From Lepidodermella squamata (taxonomy: Eukaryota > Animalia > Gastrotricha), in assembly GCA_047495785.1 (NCBI GenBank), contig JBLDXI010000017.1, positions 2,418,001 to 2,482,000 of the forward strand: DNA of 64,000 nt, given 5' to 3'. Of the stretch, positions 1 through 12,497 are shown piece after piece; position 1 is the first letter of the stretch; every line of letters starts with the position of its first letter. The notes under the pieces are model-generated. The model made no database searches, was not told the origin of the DNA, and was given only the letters and a program-made list of their open reading frames with translations. Made by a program: the position numbers and the translations under genes.

Positions 1-600
1 GGTAAACTTCCTGCAATCGTTGGAAGCATTAGATGTCATTAAATCAATTTCTTGACCATTGATTGTGCGGCGCGTGCAATCGTGGAAAAGCCTCATTAGA
101 GTCACATAACCGGGATGGTCAGCTAAATACATGTTCAGCAAGGAATAAACTGTCGACTCTAGGAAAAATGCGTCATTAAAAGCTGACAGGCCGACACCTT
201 CGACCTTGTACCAACAAGGCTGGCCTCGGCGGGTGTTAGAGCCATCCATGATATCATCGGCCACTAGAAAACTAGCTTGCAAAAACTCGACACACCATCC
301 TAGGACCACGGCGCGCATAAAATCTTCTCCAGAGGGGAAGGGCTTCACAAAACTCCGATAAGCTTCAACAACCAATAGCCCTCGAATCTTCTTGCCATTT
401 GAAACATTGTACTCCAAAACTTTATGAAATCGATCAAAAACACCTGTACATCTCAGCTCAAGGATTTCATTTTCGGTGCGATCCTCATGAACACTCGCAG
501 ATATTAGCGTAGGTAGGCAGCGATCAAACACTTCCAAAACACTTTTAGAGCTAGCAACCTTCGAAATCTCGAGCAGTAGTTTGCACTTTTGCAACGACAT
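1..600 (-). CDS. FDPS: Farnesyl pyrophosphate synthase, 5' part (runs off the window start)
   Basis: Manual minus-strand translation from ATG 600 gives ...YNVSNGKKIRG...GWCVEFLQASFLVADDIMDGSNTRRGQPCWY...AFNDAFFLE...GQEIDL. It contains the first aspartate-rich motif DDIMD of trans-prenyltransferases. Confidence 0.93.
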   Translation of the reverse strand, partial: MSLQKCKLLLEISKVASSKSVLEVFDRCLPTLISASVHEDRTENEILELRCTGVFDRFHKVLEYNVSNGKKIRGLLVVEAYRSFVKPFPSGEDFMRAVVLGWCVEFLQASFLVADDIMDGSNTRRGQPCWYKVEGVGLSAFNDAFFLESTVYSLLNMYLADHPGYVTLMRLFHDCTRRTINGQEIDLMTSNASNDCRKFT

Positions 601-2104
601 TTCGCAAATATAAATAATTTGTTTTTCTACAACAAAAATAAAATGTGTCTTTTTCAGAAAATGAACTCTCAACAAGCTGCGTTGACAAGCCGCAATTCGC
701 AAACTGTGGGTTGATAGTTGCTGCTCGGTTATGTGGACATCAGGCATTTGCTAAATTTTGCTGCGAATCGTGTTTCAAAGCTGGACAACTACGGCAAAAA
801 CTGCTGTCTTGAACAATCAAGGTGTCAAATATGTAGATGAATATGGCCATCATTCCATTGATCAAAAATCACTTAAATTTGCTTGTAAACATGTTATTTA
901 TGTAATATTGCAAAGGTTGTGCAGATAATTTGAACTGGGAAAACAGAAAAAGGAGATAAAGCTAGTCGTCGCTCTTCGATCAAGACTCGCTTGTGGTCAG
1001 TGAGCTCTAAATCGAAGGCGAACGAAAATCGCTATGATGTAATATAAATGTATGCCTAAAAGATTTGCGGCAAAAGCTGGATTCAAAGCAGACATCTAAT
1101 GAGGTTTATTATAATTATCACTATGACTTGATTCGTTTGTAATAATTTTTATACATTTAAATGCACTACTCTCCCTTCTCAACAGTGCTGGTGATGAAAT
1201 GTGCTTGTACAGAATACTGCATGATCGAAACAATAAAAGACCACACTCTCATGTATGGCTGTTTTGTCTATAATACAATGCTATCAACGCGGTTTACAGT
1301 TCAAATGCGACATCAGAGTTATGAGGTACTATTACACAAATTTGACAAATACTACAACATACTAATACACAACATCAGCCGTGCCTAAAACCGCCGTGCC
1401 TGATCTTGAAAGTATTGCAATATAAGAGATAGCTGACAGCTTTGAAGAAATGAAAAGACGGACTAAATCAGATGAACGCGGCTGTAAGACGGACGGCCAA
1501 GTGTGAGCTTAAGACTTGAGGTAAACTTGGCATGCATTCTAAAATTGTTGGCAATTTGAAGCGGTCTGGGACCAATATTTACTCCGCATAGCTTCATTTC
1601 TATTATTACACTTAAACTTCAGTCGTAAAAGAGGCGGTATCGATCAAAACTTTAGTAGATTAAATTAAATTACGAGATAGTTTCAAAGGCTCAACTTATA
1701 GGGTGACAAGTGACAAGACTTGAAGAGTTTTACAGCGCTTTGTATCGCTAATCTCACGTTTCTCGATTGCTATGGGCTATGGCTGCCTATCTAGATCCTA
1801 CATCTTTTTAGAAAATGCTATCTGTTCATTGTAAGTTCATTAAAGATACAATTAGAAAGTAACATCAAGATTTAGTATTGAAGATCGAGAGACAGTTTTC
1901 GAAATCGTCTGACCGGTTACGAGACAAACCCAGTTTTTTGGAGCACTGGGAGAACCTTGATTTCTACAAATAAAACGTCGAACAAGCGCTTTAACCAGCG
2001 ACTAGCGTAGCTGAAAGGGAAAGGAATTGAAACGGCAACAATTCGTCAGCGGAATCCCCACGCTCGTAAAAAAAATAAGCCATCTCTCAGGATTTCGTGG
2101 AATT

Positions 2105-2114
2105 GTCACGTGAC
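2105..2114. promoter_or_regulatory. Palindromic E-box/CLEAR-type motif GTCACGTGAC
   Basis: Perfect 10-bp palindrome about 110 bp upstream of the small ORF at 2224. Function is inferred only. Confidence 0.35.
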
Positions 2115-2223
2115 GCGAAACCGTCAGCTGTTTATATCTCACATAATTTTCAACAATAATGTTAAATTAAATTGATTAATTTGAGATATTGTTTTTACAA
2201 TTATCTTATGTTTTGATTTATAA

Positions 2224-2424
2224 ATGGCGTCCTTAGTTGCCTGTGACATGCGCTTATTGGTGTTTGCCAGTGTCACCTCAGATCGAACATTCCTCATCCG
2301 CGGCTCGAAAGCATGGAGTCAGACCGATCCCTTCATTGGTAAGCTCACTAGCTCGAAAGCCTGCCGCAAAGACGCCTACTTGCAGCAATTCTTCATCGAG
2401 CAGGCGTCTGTATGGACCAAATAG
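2224..2424 (+). CDS. Possible small ORF (66 aa), unknown
   Basis: ATG-initiated, GC-richer than its AT-rich flanks, AATAAA just after the stop. No family recognised. Confidence 0.3.
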   Translation: MASLVACDMRLLVFASVTSDRTFLIRGSKAWSQTDPFIGKLTSSKACRKDAYLQQFFIEQASVWTK

Positions 2425-3129
2425 AAAATAAATGATATAAATAGAGCTATGATTCATAGCTCTATTTATATCATTTATTTTCGTATTCTATTGTGCCACT
2501 CTGCGCCTAACACCGAATTATCGGTGACAGGTCTAACTTATCAACCCAAGCCCAAGTTAAATCACCAGAATTGGTGTCAGGGTCTACCATCCATCTATAC
2601 ATTGTCGTGTATGCCGTGTTTTCTAAATCTATTAATTGTAGCTGGAACACCGGTTTTTCGGCCCGCTCACGCAATCGGCGTCCCTAACCATCTCTCTCTC
2701 TCATCTGTGTCTGGTTAATGAGAAGGATGGCCCATGCCCCCGTGATAGTCAATCGGCCTCTTTCACATACAGCTGTGATAGCGCTTTTTGACCATTTATC
2801 TGCAGAAATACTGGTCTTTAATCTATGATGGAGACTGCAAATCCCTCACATTTAAGGAAAATCACTAATGCACTGCTAGAAATTCAGCGAGATTCAGTTG
2901 ATTCAGGAGCTGACTTGTGGCATATACTTACCTCTGCTCAGTTAATTACGAGTACGGCGTAGCGAAATCTGAATCATTTATAATAGGTCTGTTAAAGACC
3001 AAGGCGAAGTTGTTTTTATAGTACTGATTTTGCAAAAGAATCGGCACACCTTGCTGCATTTAGAAAACTTACAGATTTCATCCATACCCAGAGAGGAATT
3101 CCTTTCTCAACTACAAGGAGCCATTCACA

Positions 3130-4129
3130 ATGGATGACGACCTTGGTCTCATGCCAGAAACGGACCGGAAGGTATGCTCTTGTGAAATATCTAATATGTG
3201 ACTTGTAGCAATGCTATCAAGTAGGTATTGTTATTTTTGATTTACCATTCGTCATAATTTTACAGGCTGCGAAACAAGGACGCCGAGCTCAACCCGCATC
3301 GCAGAAAGCAGCAACTTCCAGGCAAAGTGAATACGATGGGTCAATTCTTGAGAAAAGCCAAGAAAGGCGGGCAAAGAAGCCAGACGAACAGCGAAAAACT
3401 ATGACTACTTCTCTGCTTGATGACAGTGATGAAGCAGCAGACGAAAAGCCTAAAAGAAGTTCGTTTATCTCTATGATTTTTATATTTCTATGCAACAAGT
3501 TTTAGGCGGCAAGCCGAAGTCCACTTGGGATGTGGATCCGAACGGCGAAAGAGGTGACGACGCTTACGATGATGAACGGCTAATGGCAAAAGGAAGAACT
3601 AAAGGAGGATCGGATGCGGATTCAGATGCTGATATCATGATCCCGGAGCTTGAGGATACCAAGGATGGAGGTGGCGGTGACAACGAAGGAGGCGTGATTT
3701 CGATGTCCCCTGGGTTTGCACTCATTGGCCCTTTTAAATTGATCGAAATATCGGTGTTTACTTACAGCGTTGTCACTAAGGTTGCAACATATCGTGAACT
3801 AGAGGATGACTTGATGAAACATCTCCCGTTCTTAACTTTGGTTTGATACGCTGCTTACCTCTTATTGGAATGCTAATATTTCGTTTTGCACAGGATCAAG
3901 AAGTTGACCTCAAGCCATTGACCAAATTTCTTATCCCCGAAGCTTTGACGGTCGAGGTGAGATTATGCGTAGGATTTTTTCATTTCATCAAGTTGTTGTC
4001 GTTTAGGCTGACGGTTCATGGGAATGGGATGCTCTTTATGCAGAAGTAGCTTCTGAGCTAATGAAGGAAATAGAAACCCTCCATTCACTGAACTTGGAAA
4101 CTGAGCTTCAAACTAACTCTGCTTTATAG
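3130..4129 (+). CDS. IFT43: Intraflagellar transport protein 43 (6 exons)
   Basis: Spliced product MDDDLGL...IMIPELED...[37 protein letters not shown]...WEWDALYAEVASEL matches the IFT43 C-terminal signature. GT-AG introns of about 50-95 nt. Confidence 0.9.
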
Positions 4130-4318
4130 CCTGTTACGCTGGTGTAATTTTACCGTTGTTAGGTTCGTGCAAAAACGTGTGTTTGTAATTGAGTCTCTTC
4201 ACAGTTTATTTGCTGAATATAAGAACATGTCCGAAAATATTCAAAGAAACATTGAAATAAAATAAATGCATAAGAATGACCGAATAATTTGGCGCCGTTT
4301 TTCCAATCAAGACAACTG

Positions 4319-5828
4319 TTAAACTTCGCCTTGAGAATAGGTCTGCCCGAATTTTTCGAAAACCGGAATCGGCGGTAATATCGTTCGAAAACCATCCTAG
4401 TTTGAAATAAAGGAAATGTTGATGAACTACGTTTGTCATTTGAATATTGCAAATTGCATACATTCATTCTTTTGCGTAAAGCAGCGCTCAACCCACTCTC
4501 ATCCCTGAAAGTTTCAGATCCATATTTGGGCTGGCGGAAATCGCTCCTTGTCCAGATCATAGGCTCATAATGTTTAGATGTTTTATAGAAGTAGAGGAAA
4601 TCGTTATCGTGTACACGACCCAGCCATTCCTCGAGTTCGAGGCGCTTTCTGGCAGCTTCCTCGGATTCAAAGTCAGTCTCAACTCGCAATGTTGGCTTGA
4701 ATGGGCGAGTTCGCTGCTTTATAACCGCTTCGGGCTCTCTGAATGGACCCTGCAAAGTTATTTACATTAGGAGTTAGTTAAATGGTGAATAAAGAAATAA
4801 AGGTACCTGTGGTTTGATTGGCGGAAGCTTAGGAAAGGCTGCCGGAGGAGGTTCATTGTAGCTTCGCCAAATTCTGTCCTCCCGCTTGACTTTCTTGAAA
4901 TCTAAAGCAGGCGGTTGACGTGGTCGCGTTCTTTGCAATAAGATTTCAGTCGGCATAGGTGCACTAATTTCCGATCATGATATAAAGCAATTATTCGATC
5001 TTGAAGATAGCTTACGGGAGAAAAGGGGAATTGTAAATGCCAAACTGAACTTCAGTGCTCAACAAGTAGTGATGCGACTCCGCCCAAGACAAATCCGCTT
5101 TCAACTTCTCTTCTTGGCCTCGTCTTTCGCCTTCCTGCCGTAAATTCTCAGCATAACCGGCCAATACTTTTCTGCATTTCAATATAAACAATGAGAACAA
5201 GAAATACAACTTTGGCGACTTACCTTATTTCCGAGTTAGTTTCATCCAGAGCTTTGAGGCGCATCTTCCGCTGGTAATAATCGGCGATATATTTCCGTGT
5301 GAAATACCCGCGCCAACAGGATTGTATCTGAAATATCATTTTTTGATAAGTACCATTTCATTACGTAAATATTATACCCTTGTAGCCTCCTTATTGAAAT
5401 ACTCCAAAGCCAGTTCCCGCACACGCTCCTGTAAAATATGCAAGTTTAGTACAAGGCTAGAAGTTGATAATCTTCTGATGTTACATTGAGCTTCCGCCGG
5501 AATCTCCTGCGACCAAGAAACCCTCTCCAGTATCGTTGAATAACAATCGCTTTTTCGTGCATTTCACTGAAAAGAAAAACGTCATATAGGTCACTGCTGC
5601 AAACATACGGCTGTTCTTACTGAAGCTTTTTCCTGGTACTGAAACCACGGAACCATGCTTTAACAGTATTAGTCGCATTGTATTCAGTAAGCCGATCGTT
5701 CTCGGCGAGACTGTATTAAAGAGGTTTATCAACAGTTTACGCCTCAGGACAAAAACTCACACTTCCTTTCGATAAATATCTTCAACGAGAGTTCCTATTT
5801 CACCCATTAAGGCGATTGCAGACACCAT
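4319..5828 (-). CDS. SPATA17: Spermatogenesis-associated protein 17 (IQ-motif axonemal protein), multi-exon
   Basis: Spliced frames give IQ motifs (IQRYWRGFLGRR, IQSCWRGYFTRK), HYLLSTEVQFGIYNSPF, GPFREP...PTLRV, and a C-terminal FRTILPPIPVFEKFGQTYSQGEV*. Confidence 0.88.
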
Positions 5829-6038
5829 CTTATAAGGCGAGAATACATAAAATTAACACCCTGAACGAGAAACGATGCAAAACTTGTCTATGATGCATTT
5901 AAGATACAAAATATAGCTATTTCTAAAATCCTAAATCTGCTGTTTATTAAATCATCATTGACATTGAGGAACAGGAACAAGTACGAGGTTCCAGCAACAT
6001 TTCTGCAACATTTCTGAAAGACTAGGAGACTTTGTAAT

Positions 6039-6333
6039 GTTACTAATAGAAACGAGAAATGCTATTTACGTGTTTCATGCTAATTGTTAATAAAGAGAAG
6101 ATATGTTGAAGATAAACCCTGCCTGGGGCAGATTGAGCCGGACTGAGGCTCGAAGAAGCGATTCGCTAACTACATACGGTTGATATTCCGCATTTTTCGT
6201 CTTCGCCTCTAACTTTAGATTAGAGATTGACAGCGTCGCTATAGAAACTCTTTTACAAAATGTTGCATATCGGGCAGTTTGAATGAATAAAATATTTTTT
6301 AACAAAATAAATTTTTGTTGTCTCCCTGGAAAC
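6039..6333. promoter_or_regulatory. Three X-box (RFX) motifs in the SPATA17/TTC29 bidirectional promoter
   Basis: GTTACTAATAGAAAC (6039-6053), GTCGCTATAGAAAC (6235-6248, exact GTHNYY-AT-RRNAAC) and GTCTCCCTGGAAAC (6320-6333), between two divergent ciliary genes. Confidence 0.65.
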
Positions 6334-6414
6334 GAAATCAGCGTCTATGCTGTGACCCATGCGGCGTCTGAGAAGATTTTAGCACTTGGTCGTTGGTCGG
6401 CTTACGCTAAAGAA

Positions 6415-7716
6415 ATGGCTTCCCGCAAGAATACTCTCATCCCCGCAGAAGATGGCAATAAGGGGCGAAAAGTCTATGGCAAAGGCAGTGCCGATAGCTA
6501 TGGGAAGACATTGATTAATCTGGAGGATTTCACCAAAAGCGAATGCCGGAAGAGGAAATATGCATTGAAACATCAAATTTGCTTGGATGTACTCGAGGGT
6601 GGATTTCACGAAACGTTCTCCGAGATGTTTCATTTGTTTTCTCTTCAGCAACATCTTCGAGAAGTTCACGGTGCAGATTCGGCGTTTTACTTGATTCCTT
6701 TGCTGGAAACACAAGCTGAGAAGCTATTGACGTTGAAAAACACGCTGGAAGAGAGCGAACTGTCTCATAGGCGGAAAGATTACCGGCGAGTTTATTTATG
6801 CAATGACAAGCTTGCAAATTACTTTTTGGCAACGGGAGATGGCTGGCTCACAGATTATTTCTTTGAGAAGGCTCTGGTTATTAGCGAGTCTTTGGCAAAT
6901 CTCGATGGCGGTCAATCTCAGGCCGAGGCTACATATCATGTCGCTCAATGCTACGAAAGGAAAGATGCGATGGCAACAGCTGTGGTGTACTACGAAAGCT
7001 TCTACCAGCAAACGTCAGAAAAAAGCTGGACTGATTCAGAGAGTAACCAACTTCTCAGTTTAGTCGCTGCAAAGTGTTTGGTGAAAGCGTACACTGCGCT
7101 AGCACAGGAGCAAAAAAACTCAGCGCACAGTCATTTGCAGAAAGCTTACGAAATTGCCAAGAAGAGCGGCGATAATGCTCTTATAGCAGATTCAAGCTAT
7201 CGCTTGGGACTGCAAATACTGTCAGATGATCGAGCACTGGCAAATATTGCGCTGAAATATTTCATCGAAGCCGCCGAGGCGAGCGATAAATTGAATGATA
7301 TAGATCGGAGGTGTTCGACTCAAAGAGTGCTGGCTCAATGCTATGATGTATTGGGTAATAAAGAAAAAAGCCTAAGAGCTTTGATGGTATTTCGAGAGCT
7401 GGCCGAAACTGCACAGAATCCTAGTAGTATCGCACTTGCCCATTTGGACTTCGGAGCTGCATGTAACAATGATGGCGACTATGGTAGAGCAGTCGCGTCT
7501 TTCACGAAAGCTTACACCACAGCTCTTACTGGAGGACAGCCGGCTCAGCTTGAAGTAGCCCGTGCATGGGTCGGAATCGCAATGGCTCATGATTACTTGT
7601 TGTCTTTTTCGCAACTATTAGCTGGACCAAAAATCACTCCGCGTGATTCAATTCAAGCGATGGCTAAGTGGAAAGCCACTCGAGTTGGACTAACAAAAGG
7701 GCCTTCGGTATCATGA
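6415..7716 (+). CDS. TTC29: Tetratricopeptide repeat protein 29 (intronless; likely start MASRKN at 6415)
   Basis: HQICLDVLEGGFHETFSEMF...LETQAEKL...WLTDYFFEKAL...AEATYHVAQCYE...YESFYQQT..KSWTD pattern plus TPR repeats. Confidence 0.85.
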   Translation: MASRKNTLIPAEDGNKGRKVYGKGSADSYGKTLINLEDFTKSECRKRKYALKHQICLDVLEGGFHETFSEMFHLFSLQQHLREVHGADSAFYLIPLLETQAEKLLTLKNTLEESELSHRRKDYRRVYLCNDKLANYFLATGDGWLTDYFFEKALVISESLANLDGGQSQAEATYHVAQCYERKDAMATAVVYYESFYQQTSEKSWTDSESNQLLSLVAAKCLVKAYTALAQEQKNSAHSHLQKAYEIAKKSGDNALIADSSYRLGLQILSDDRALANIALKYFIEAAEASDKLNDIDRRCSTQRVLAQCYDVLGNKEKSLRALMVFRELAETAQNPSSIALAHLDFGAACNNDGDYGRAVASFTKAYTTALTGGQPAQLEVARAWVGIAMAHDYLLSFSQLLAGPKITPRDSIQAMAKWKATRVGLTKGPSVS

Positions 7717-8077
7717 GCGAGTGATGAATAGGTTCACTCTTTAATTTCACGCTAGTGTATAGTGAAATAATTTTAAATCCACGCTCAAATGTTGCCGTCA
7801 CTTTTTACGAGATTTCGAGTTTCAATATATCGGAATATTGAACTTTCATTCATTTTTGCGGTATCAACCAAATCCCTTTAGCCGGCTGGCTTTGTTATTT
7901 CACTATGCGATAGCTTGAAACATGGGTGTAGTTTTTTTCCTTAAAAAAAGTTGAAACTAGTTTGATTGTGAAATGATGTCTTGCAGTTAGTTCTATGAAA
8001 TTTTAATAAACTCATTTTATTTTTTTTCATGATTTTTTTTTAATCTAGGATATTTTAATTTATTTTCCTGCATTCAA

Positions 8078-8428
8078 ATGAGTGACATCGAGGAAACCAT
8101 CAAGCGAATTCAGACACACAAGGGTGTCCAAGGATTGATCGTAGTGAACCAGGAGGGGATTCCTATTCGAACGACACTGGACAATTCAACGAGCGTTCAA
8201 TACTCAGGATTGCTCCACCAGCTGACTGCCAAAGCTCGGAGTGTCGTGCGAGACCTTGACCCGCAAAATGATCTGACATTTTTACGCATTCGCTCGAAAA
8301 AAGTTTGCAATGTTCGAGATTCCTGTACCATTTAATTCAAATGTATTGTTTTGCAGCACGAAATCATGGTAGCCCCGGAGCGTGATTATTTGCTAATAGT
8401 CATCCAAGCATACGATACGGATTATTGA
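8078..8428 (+). CDS. DYNLRB: Dynein light chain roadblock (intron 8303-8356)
   Basis: [35 protein letters not shown]...[15 protein letters not shown]|[17 protein letters not shown]. Confidence 0.97.
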
Positions 8429-8655
8429 TAGTTTAAATTGATAACTGTTGGCTAGTTCTAAAATGGGAAATGCATTGTCTATCTGCTATTGACCTGTTTA
8501 GTTTTTGGTTCTTTTCGCACATTCGCATTGTTCATAACTGATTGTTGAGAGTTCATAAAGTGTATAGCCTCTACCAATGCGTTTAATTAAACTTCTTCGA
8601 TGGAAAATCATCAATTTCCTGTGCTTGCCTCATATTAGGTTTTAATTTTACTTGA

Positions 8656-9791
8656 ATGGCGGCTAAGCAGCAGGTGGCCTTTTTATGTGGGATTCCTACC
8701 AAGCCTACAGATATACCTCATTTTGCTAAAGAGGGAGGGCGCTTGACTCGAAAAAAGCAGACAGATGCTCCTTACACCTCAGCAAGGTTTGTAACTCTCA
8801 AAACATGAAAACCTGACCTGATTTGAATTATTTCTTCTAGCATAAATACTTTCCGAGTGCTTGGCGAGCGCGCTGAGTTTGAGAAAGTTGGCGAATGGGA
8901 AAACAATCGAACCATTCCTCGCCCCCCGCCACCGGAAAAGATCAACGAACCCTTCGCACCAGTGCCATACCCTTTGAAGGAAACCGCGGTTCATCATATC
9001 CCTCATTCTCGTACTGCTGCTTTCATTCGAACAAACGTTCGTTTCATCAACAAGCCGGTTTGGTTTATCGAACCTGCTGTGGAGGACAGTTCTGCGGGAA
9101 GCTCGGCCATCGTGCCACACAAGCAACCGGAAAACTTGCCTAACGGCGGAAACCGGGATTTCTATTCAGCGTCTTACATAGGTCAAGCAGGGACAAATCC
9201 AAACGAGCCGATTGTCACAACCTACAAAGGAGATTACAACTCTTATGGTTCATTAAAACGCAACACCAGGCATGGAAGCAACTTTGAAATCACAACGCCA
9301 GCCCATGGAATAAGTAATTTAACCTACATTTTAATTCAGAGGTCATTTTAAATTTATTTCTTCTAGTTCCGGTGAATGAGATGAGGGAAAAAGATGGCAA
9401 GCAACGTGTTTGGGAGGAAAAGATGTCATATCGCCATGTTTATGACAGCAGAGCGAATCCAAATTATCCGTTTGGTTTAAAGGTAATTCTTATGACGATA
9501 GGCAGAATCCTGTAATAATGCGTTAATTCTTCTCAGAAACAAGGCGCCTTTGTCTGGGACCGAACCTTGCACGAAGTTCCTGTGCTACCGAATCTCCAAA
9601 ATCCCACACCTCAACCCGTTCGTCAGGTTGCGACTGCCACACCTAATCCGAACGCTATAACTCCAACGGCTGCGTGGCCGGCTTCCCAAAGTGCTCATCC
9701 CCAGCTAAAGCCTGTCCGGCATCCAAAGTTGTATTTTCTCGAGCCGAAAGATCCGGTGCCATCAATTGCAGCTTCTGTTAGAGAGCAGTAG
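8656..9791 (+). CDS. C2orf73/CIMIP6-like ciliary microtubule inner protein (4 exons)
   Basis: FIRTNVRFINKP...TTYKGDY...HGIVP...EKMSYRHVYDSRANPNYP...KKQGAFVW resembles the conserved C2orf73 blocks. Confidence 0.7.
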
Positions 9792-10089
9792 TACGAGCTA
9801 GTGTAGCGATTTGGAGGAAACTAACTTTAGCCCCTATTTTGTTGCAAATTTAGCCCTGTCTTCTATCTTTGAATATTTGTTACACCCACTTTCACTAGCA
9901 AACGTAATAACATTATTTATTTAATGTTATTTTTAGGCCAATTTTCGGCCACGCAATCAACAAATGTTATTCATACTGCTTTTGTTAAAATTATATCAAA
10001 AGGTGAAAATTCAAGTTTTCCACGCGAATCTCGAGTAAAAAATGATTAGTTTTTCTCTCTCGCTGTTACTTTTAGAACTTTACTTGAAA

Positions 10090-11885
10090 ATGTCGAGCTT
10101 TATTACAGCCGGCTTTTTAAGCGCCAAGTTTGAGGAAAATGAAGAAAACGAAGATCGCATGAGTAACCCGAACAATTCCGCTCGGTCCGATCCTGGCGAT
10201 CTTGCTTCATCTCGGATAAGTAGATCCGAACTGATGAACGAAAGCCGTGCTGTAAGTGCGCGCAATGATGGTGCAAATAGTGAATTTGACTCGAAAGCAG
10301 CTACTATAATATCAGACGACCGGCAGCTATCTACAGCTGCGTCGAAAACACCGCAATTTCCGCCTAATGGCACGACATGTGATTTGCTCAACGGCCTACT
10401 GTCGCTCGAAGTCAGCGAGCTGGGCTACCCCGATTACATGCTGATTCAGCGGCTGAGATGTCGGGCGCATTGTTTGCTCCTTCACGCTGTAGCTCATTCA
10501 GTCTACCTGGTCAACGTTTTAAATGCACTCAGGTTTGGGCTGACCGAAGTTCAAAGACTTGATTAATTCGTTTAATTTTGCTACAGGCTGAAAGCTCTTG
10601 ACATTCTGCATCCTGAAACTAAGTACACTCGCAAGATCACGGACGCAAAGTGAGCTGGAATTTTTTTGTTAATTAACCGGTTATTACGCCGCCGGTGTTG
10701 TAAATTGCAACAGACATCCGGATCCGGCTCGCATCGCCGTGATAGGCTGTGGCCGGCTTGGTCGGTTGATCATCAAATCGATGCTAACGTTTGGCATGAC
10801 TGAACATCACATGATTCGTGTTGGCACCAGGCACCCAGAAGAAAATGAGCTATTGATCCAAAAAGGTATTCAAATCTCTAACAACAACGCAATGGCAGTC
10901 AGTGATGCCGATATCGTGTTCGTCTGCGTTCCGCCTCACATGCATATCGACGTTCTGAAACAGTTGAATGACGCGGTGAATGAGTCAACAATCGTCGTAA
11001 CTTTCGTACCGCCTTTCACGGCCAAGAAATTGAGGTGTTATGCGCCGAAATTACATAATTTAATAAGGCCTGAATATGACTTGGAAGAGGCCGGGCCTGA
11101 ACAACATGCGGAGTGGAATTGTCAAATCCCGATACCAGACATTTTTGAACACAAAAGCTATGTTGAAATCACTTGCCCGTTGACTGGGCTACACGGTTCG
11201 ACCCAGCACACGGACAAAAGGCCGGCAATTACCCCTGCAAGGTGCGGGGAAAGGACCTTGGAAACGTTTTTCTACGCCATGTACAACCATTGTTGTAAAC
11301 TCGGGCTGAACTGGCAACAAACAATGGATTGTATTAATATTGTACTTTTCAATTCGAAATGCGACGCGGAAGATCATGCGGTGGAAAAATTTCTCGAAAT
11401 TCACGACGTTGTTCTCGGCGACATTTCAGCAACGGCGGATTTGGGTGATGCATTGTCTCGCCAGACCGTTTTGACCCGGTTGACGAGACACTCACCTTCC
11501 CCTTTACCGCTATCGGCACGGGATGGGAAAGCCCGATCGCCGTCGAGGTCTAGCAATCAGTTGAAATCACTTACGTCCATTGAGACGCAAATCGACAACC
11601 TTCTTCGAACGTAAGTTTCCCAGGCACGCTAATTGTGCACTTAAAAATTCACGCAATCACAAACACCGCTATATTCGCCCTAGGCAACAACCGATCCCTG
11701 TCGATTTAATTGACGTTTATGCGCTTAAATGGACGCCTTTGCGATCGGCGCTGTTTGAAGAGCCCGATGACGCCGTACAAACTAAGCGGCAGAGTGCGTT
11801 TCGTAAAGGTTACTGGGGTCAATTCAAGCGCTTTCAAGACTGGCGAAAATGGAACACAGCGCAGGACGTTTCATTCATTTTGTAA
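10090..11885 (+). CDS. NOXRED1: NADP-dependent oxidoreductase domain-containing protein 1 (PYCR-like Rossmann fold), multi-exon
   Basis: N-terminal LRCRAHCLLLHAVAH, then IAVIGCGRLG Rossmann motif, IRVGTRHPE and ADIVFVCVPP. The 3' exon structure is approximate. Confidence 0.75.
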
Positions 11886-12497
11886 AATCCTCGCACTCCA
11901 AAAAATACTATATTATTTAAAATGCATTCTTTTATCTACCTGCTGCCATTAAATACCAATCGATATGTGTTATTTTTTTCGCATCAAAAACGAACTACGA
12001 CAGACAGATAAAAAGGAAACGCGCTGTAATAAAAATCGTTTTTATTTTTATCTCCTTCGATTTTTTGTAATTCATCGGCACAAGGAAAATTTCGAATAAA
12101 ATTTCGCAAAGACAAACCACTTGTGGTTTCTTCCTCTCCTCCAAGTTTCTCAGGTAATTTGGTCGTAATAAAATGTTGTGATTTGCAAAAGGAACCGTGC
12201 TCAAGAACATATATATCGAAATGAAAATAAATAGAGGGTTTATAATGTTGACAAAAGTAGACACTTGCAAATAAGGGAAAAGCTGATTGAGACAACTTCT
12301 CGTTCTACTGAAATTCCGATAGCTTTGGAAGATGAGACAAATCTACGCATTACGGCTGGAACTTGTCCACGTTGTTTCGCTACACAACGAGATTTAGAAG
12401 AAAAGTTGGCATTTTTCCGATTCAATATATATATATAGAAAAAGAAACAAAAAATACAATAGATGCAATAAAACGATGATTATAGTTAAAGCAATGA

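Noticed and set aside
5242-5732. Track ORFs at 5242-5424 and 5481-5732
   Set aside because: Wrong frames. The real SPATA17 exons use other frames joined by short introns.
6283-6414. N-terminal extension of the TTC29 ORF
   Set aside because: It overlaps X-box/promoter-like AT-rich sequence. The ATG at 6415 after an AG acceptor-like site is more plausible.
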